From Octopus vulgaris (Eukaryota): a stretch of DNA of 64,000 bases. The notes under the pieces are model-generated. The model searched no databases, was not told the origin of the DNA, and saw nothing but the letters and a program-made list of their open reading frames with translations. Shown here piece by piece: positions 62,931-64,000 of this stretch. The position numbers were made by a program, and so were the translations under genes. Within the stretch, counting starts at the first letter, position 1. Every line of letters starts with the position of its first letter. Where the stretch lies: assembly GCA_951406725.2 (NCBI GenBank), contig OX597816.1, positions 15,314,001 through 15,378,000 of the forward strand, given 5' to 3'.

Positions 62931-62945
62931 AAGATGGCGGTAAGG
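62931..62945 (+). promoter_or_regulatory. Candidate start codon, YY1-like motif and splice donor (AAGATGGCG|GTAAG)
   Basis: ATG GCG is followed immediately by GTAAG at the start of a CpG-richer unique segment (about 62930-63320). Confidence 0.4.
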
Positions 62946-63665
62946 AGTAGCGGGTTGTACATCCCAGAATGGCCTGAGACCCCCCTGCGGCAGCCACCCC
63001 ACCTTGCGGGGCACGTTTCTCAGACGAGCCGCAGTTATCCAGATTTTGCGAAGAAAATCGGTAGTGAGGGTTCCAAAGACTCACTAGTGAGGTCTTCACC
63101 GGTCAGGCGACCGGTCAGACTCCTGTATTTATTTATTTTCTCTCCTCTGCGCTACGGGCGGTGATAACCGGGTCTGTGACCAATGTAGCAATGTTGGAAC
63201 TAGAGAATGTGTCGCAGCACGTCGCGTCCCAGATTAGGGATCTACCTTTCTCGTATGAGAAGAGGGTTATTCCCTGCAGTCAAGACCTAATGACGTGAAG
63301 CCAGCCGCGTCGAGACCCTTCATGTGGATGTCACTGAGTAAATCTGTTATCCTGCAAAATTTAAATGTTCCATACACGATCAAATGACAGTTCATCACAC
63401 TGCACGACCCTGATGATATCCTCTTCCCTGCAGTGGCGTAGGATAGGTTTCAGCCACCCGTACGGTCGCCAAATTGTCCGCCCCCTTTTTTTAGTTTACC
63501 TTCAACTACAACAAATATATGTATACATATATACAGTAGTTATCCTCAGTGATCTGTGCACCCTGCACATCCTCGTTTGACACTTCTCCTCACCCAACCT
63601 TGTCTGCCTTCCTCCCGTGTTCAATGGGGGTGATCTCTCTTATTCTCATTATTGCCAAGAATAAG

Positions 63666-64000
63666 AAGGCGGCGAGCTGGCAGAAACGTTAGCACGCCGG
63701 GCGAAATGCGTAGCCGTATTTCGACTGCCGTTACATTCTGAATTCAAATTACGCCGAAGTCGACTTTGCCTTTTATACTTTCAGGTCGATAAATTAAGTA
63801 CCAGTTGACTACTGGGGCCGATTTAATCGACTATACTCCACCCCCCGCCACCATTCCAAGCCTTGTGCCTATAGTAGAAAGGATTATTTCATTCGTCTTT
63901 ACGTTCTGAGTTCAAATGCTTCTGTGGTCGACTTTGCCTTTCATCCTCTCAGGGTCGATAAAATAAGTGCTAGTTGAGCACTGGAATCGATGTACTCGGG
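63666..64000 (+). mobile_element. SINE family B followed by a head-less second unit (runs off the window)
   Basis: Head at 63666; second body starts near 63885. Confidence 0.85.

Overview
This is eukaryotic, AT-rich, repeat-saturated DNA. The combination of dense microsatellites, tRNA-derived SINEs with Meta-, CORE- and V-like domains, and decayed DNA transposons suggests an invertebrate genome, probably a coleoid cephalopod (octopus-like); that is inference, not a database result. No intact host gene is visible. Nearly all listed ORFs are microsatellite or repeat artefacts, and the only recognisable protein remnants are transposon-derived: a Buster-type hAT, several mariners, and RTE, Tx1/L1-like and R4/Dong-like LINE ends. 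A possible first coding micro-exon lies at 62934-62939. Highlights are as follows. (1) At least three families of short elements carry minimal type-I hammerhead ribozyme folds. These include a compensatory U3-A8 core variant present as two identical 37-nt copies, and a three-copy family with stem-I covariation. Three fold-back palindromes also carry hammerhead parts, consistent with Penelope-like or retrozyme-like elements. (2) A Meta-type SINE forms head-less 184-bp concatemers with a fixed junction inside one target-site duplication (TSD), and its tail matches a Tx1-like LINE 3' end in the same window. (3) SINE heads and tails are swapped combinatorially. (4) There is a solo LTR nested in a SINE, a 2.85-kb tandem duplication with a filled/empty SINE site, Helitrons, Merlin-like MITEs and a 28-bp-period minisatellite. 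Boundaries of degraded repeats are approximate because they were read by eye.
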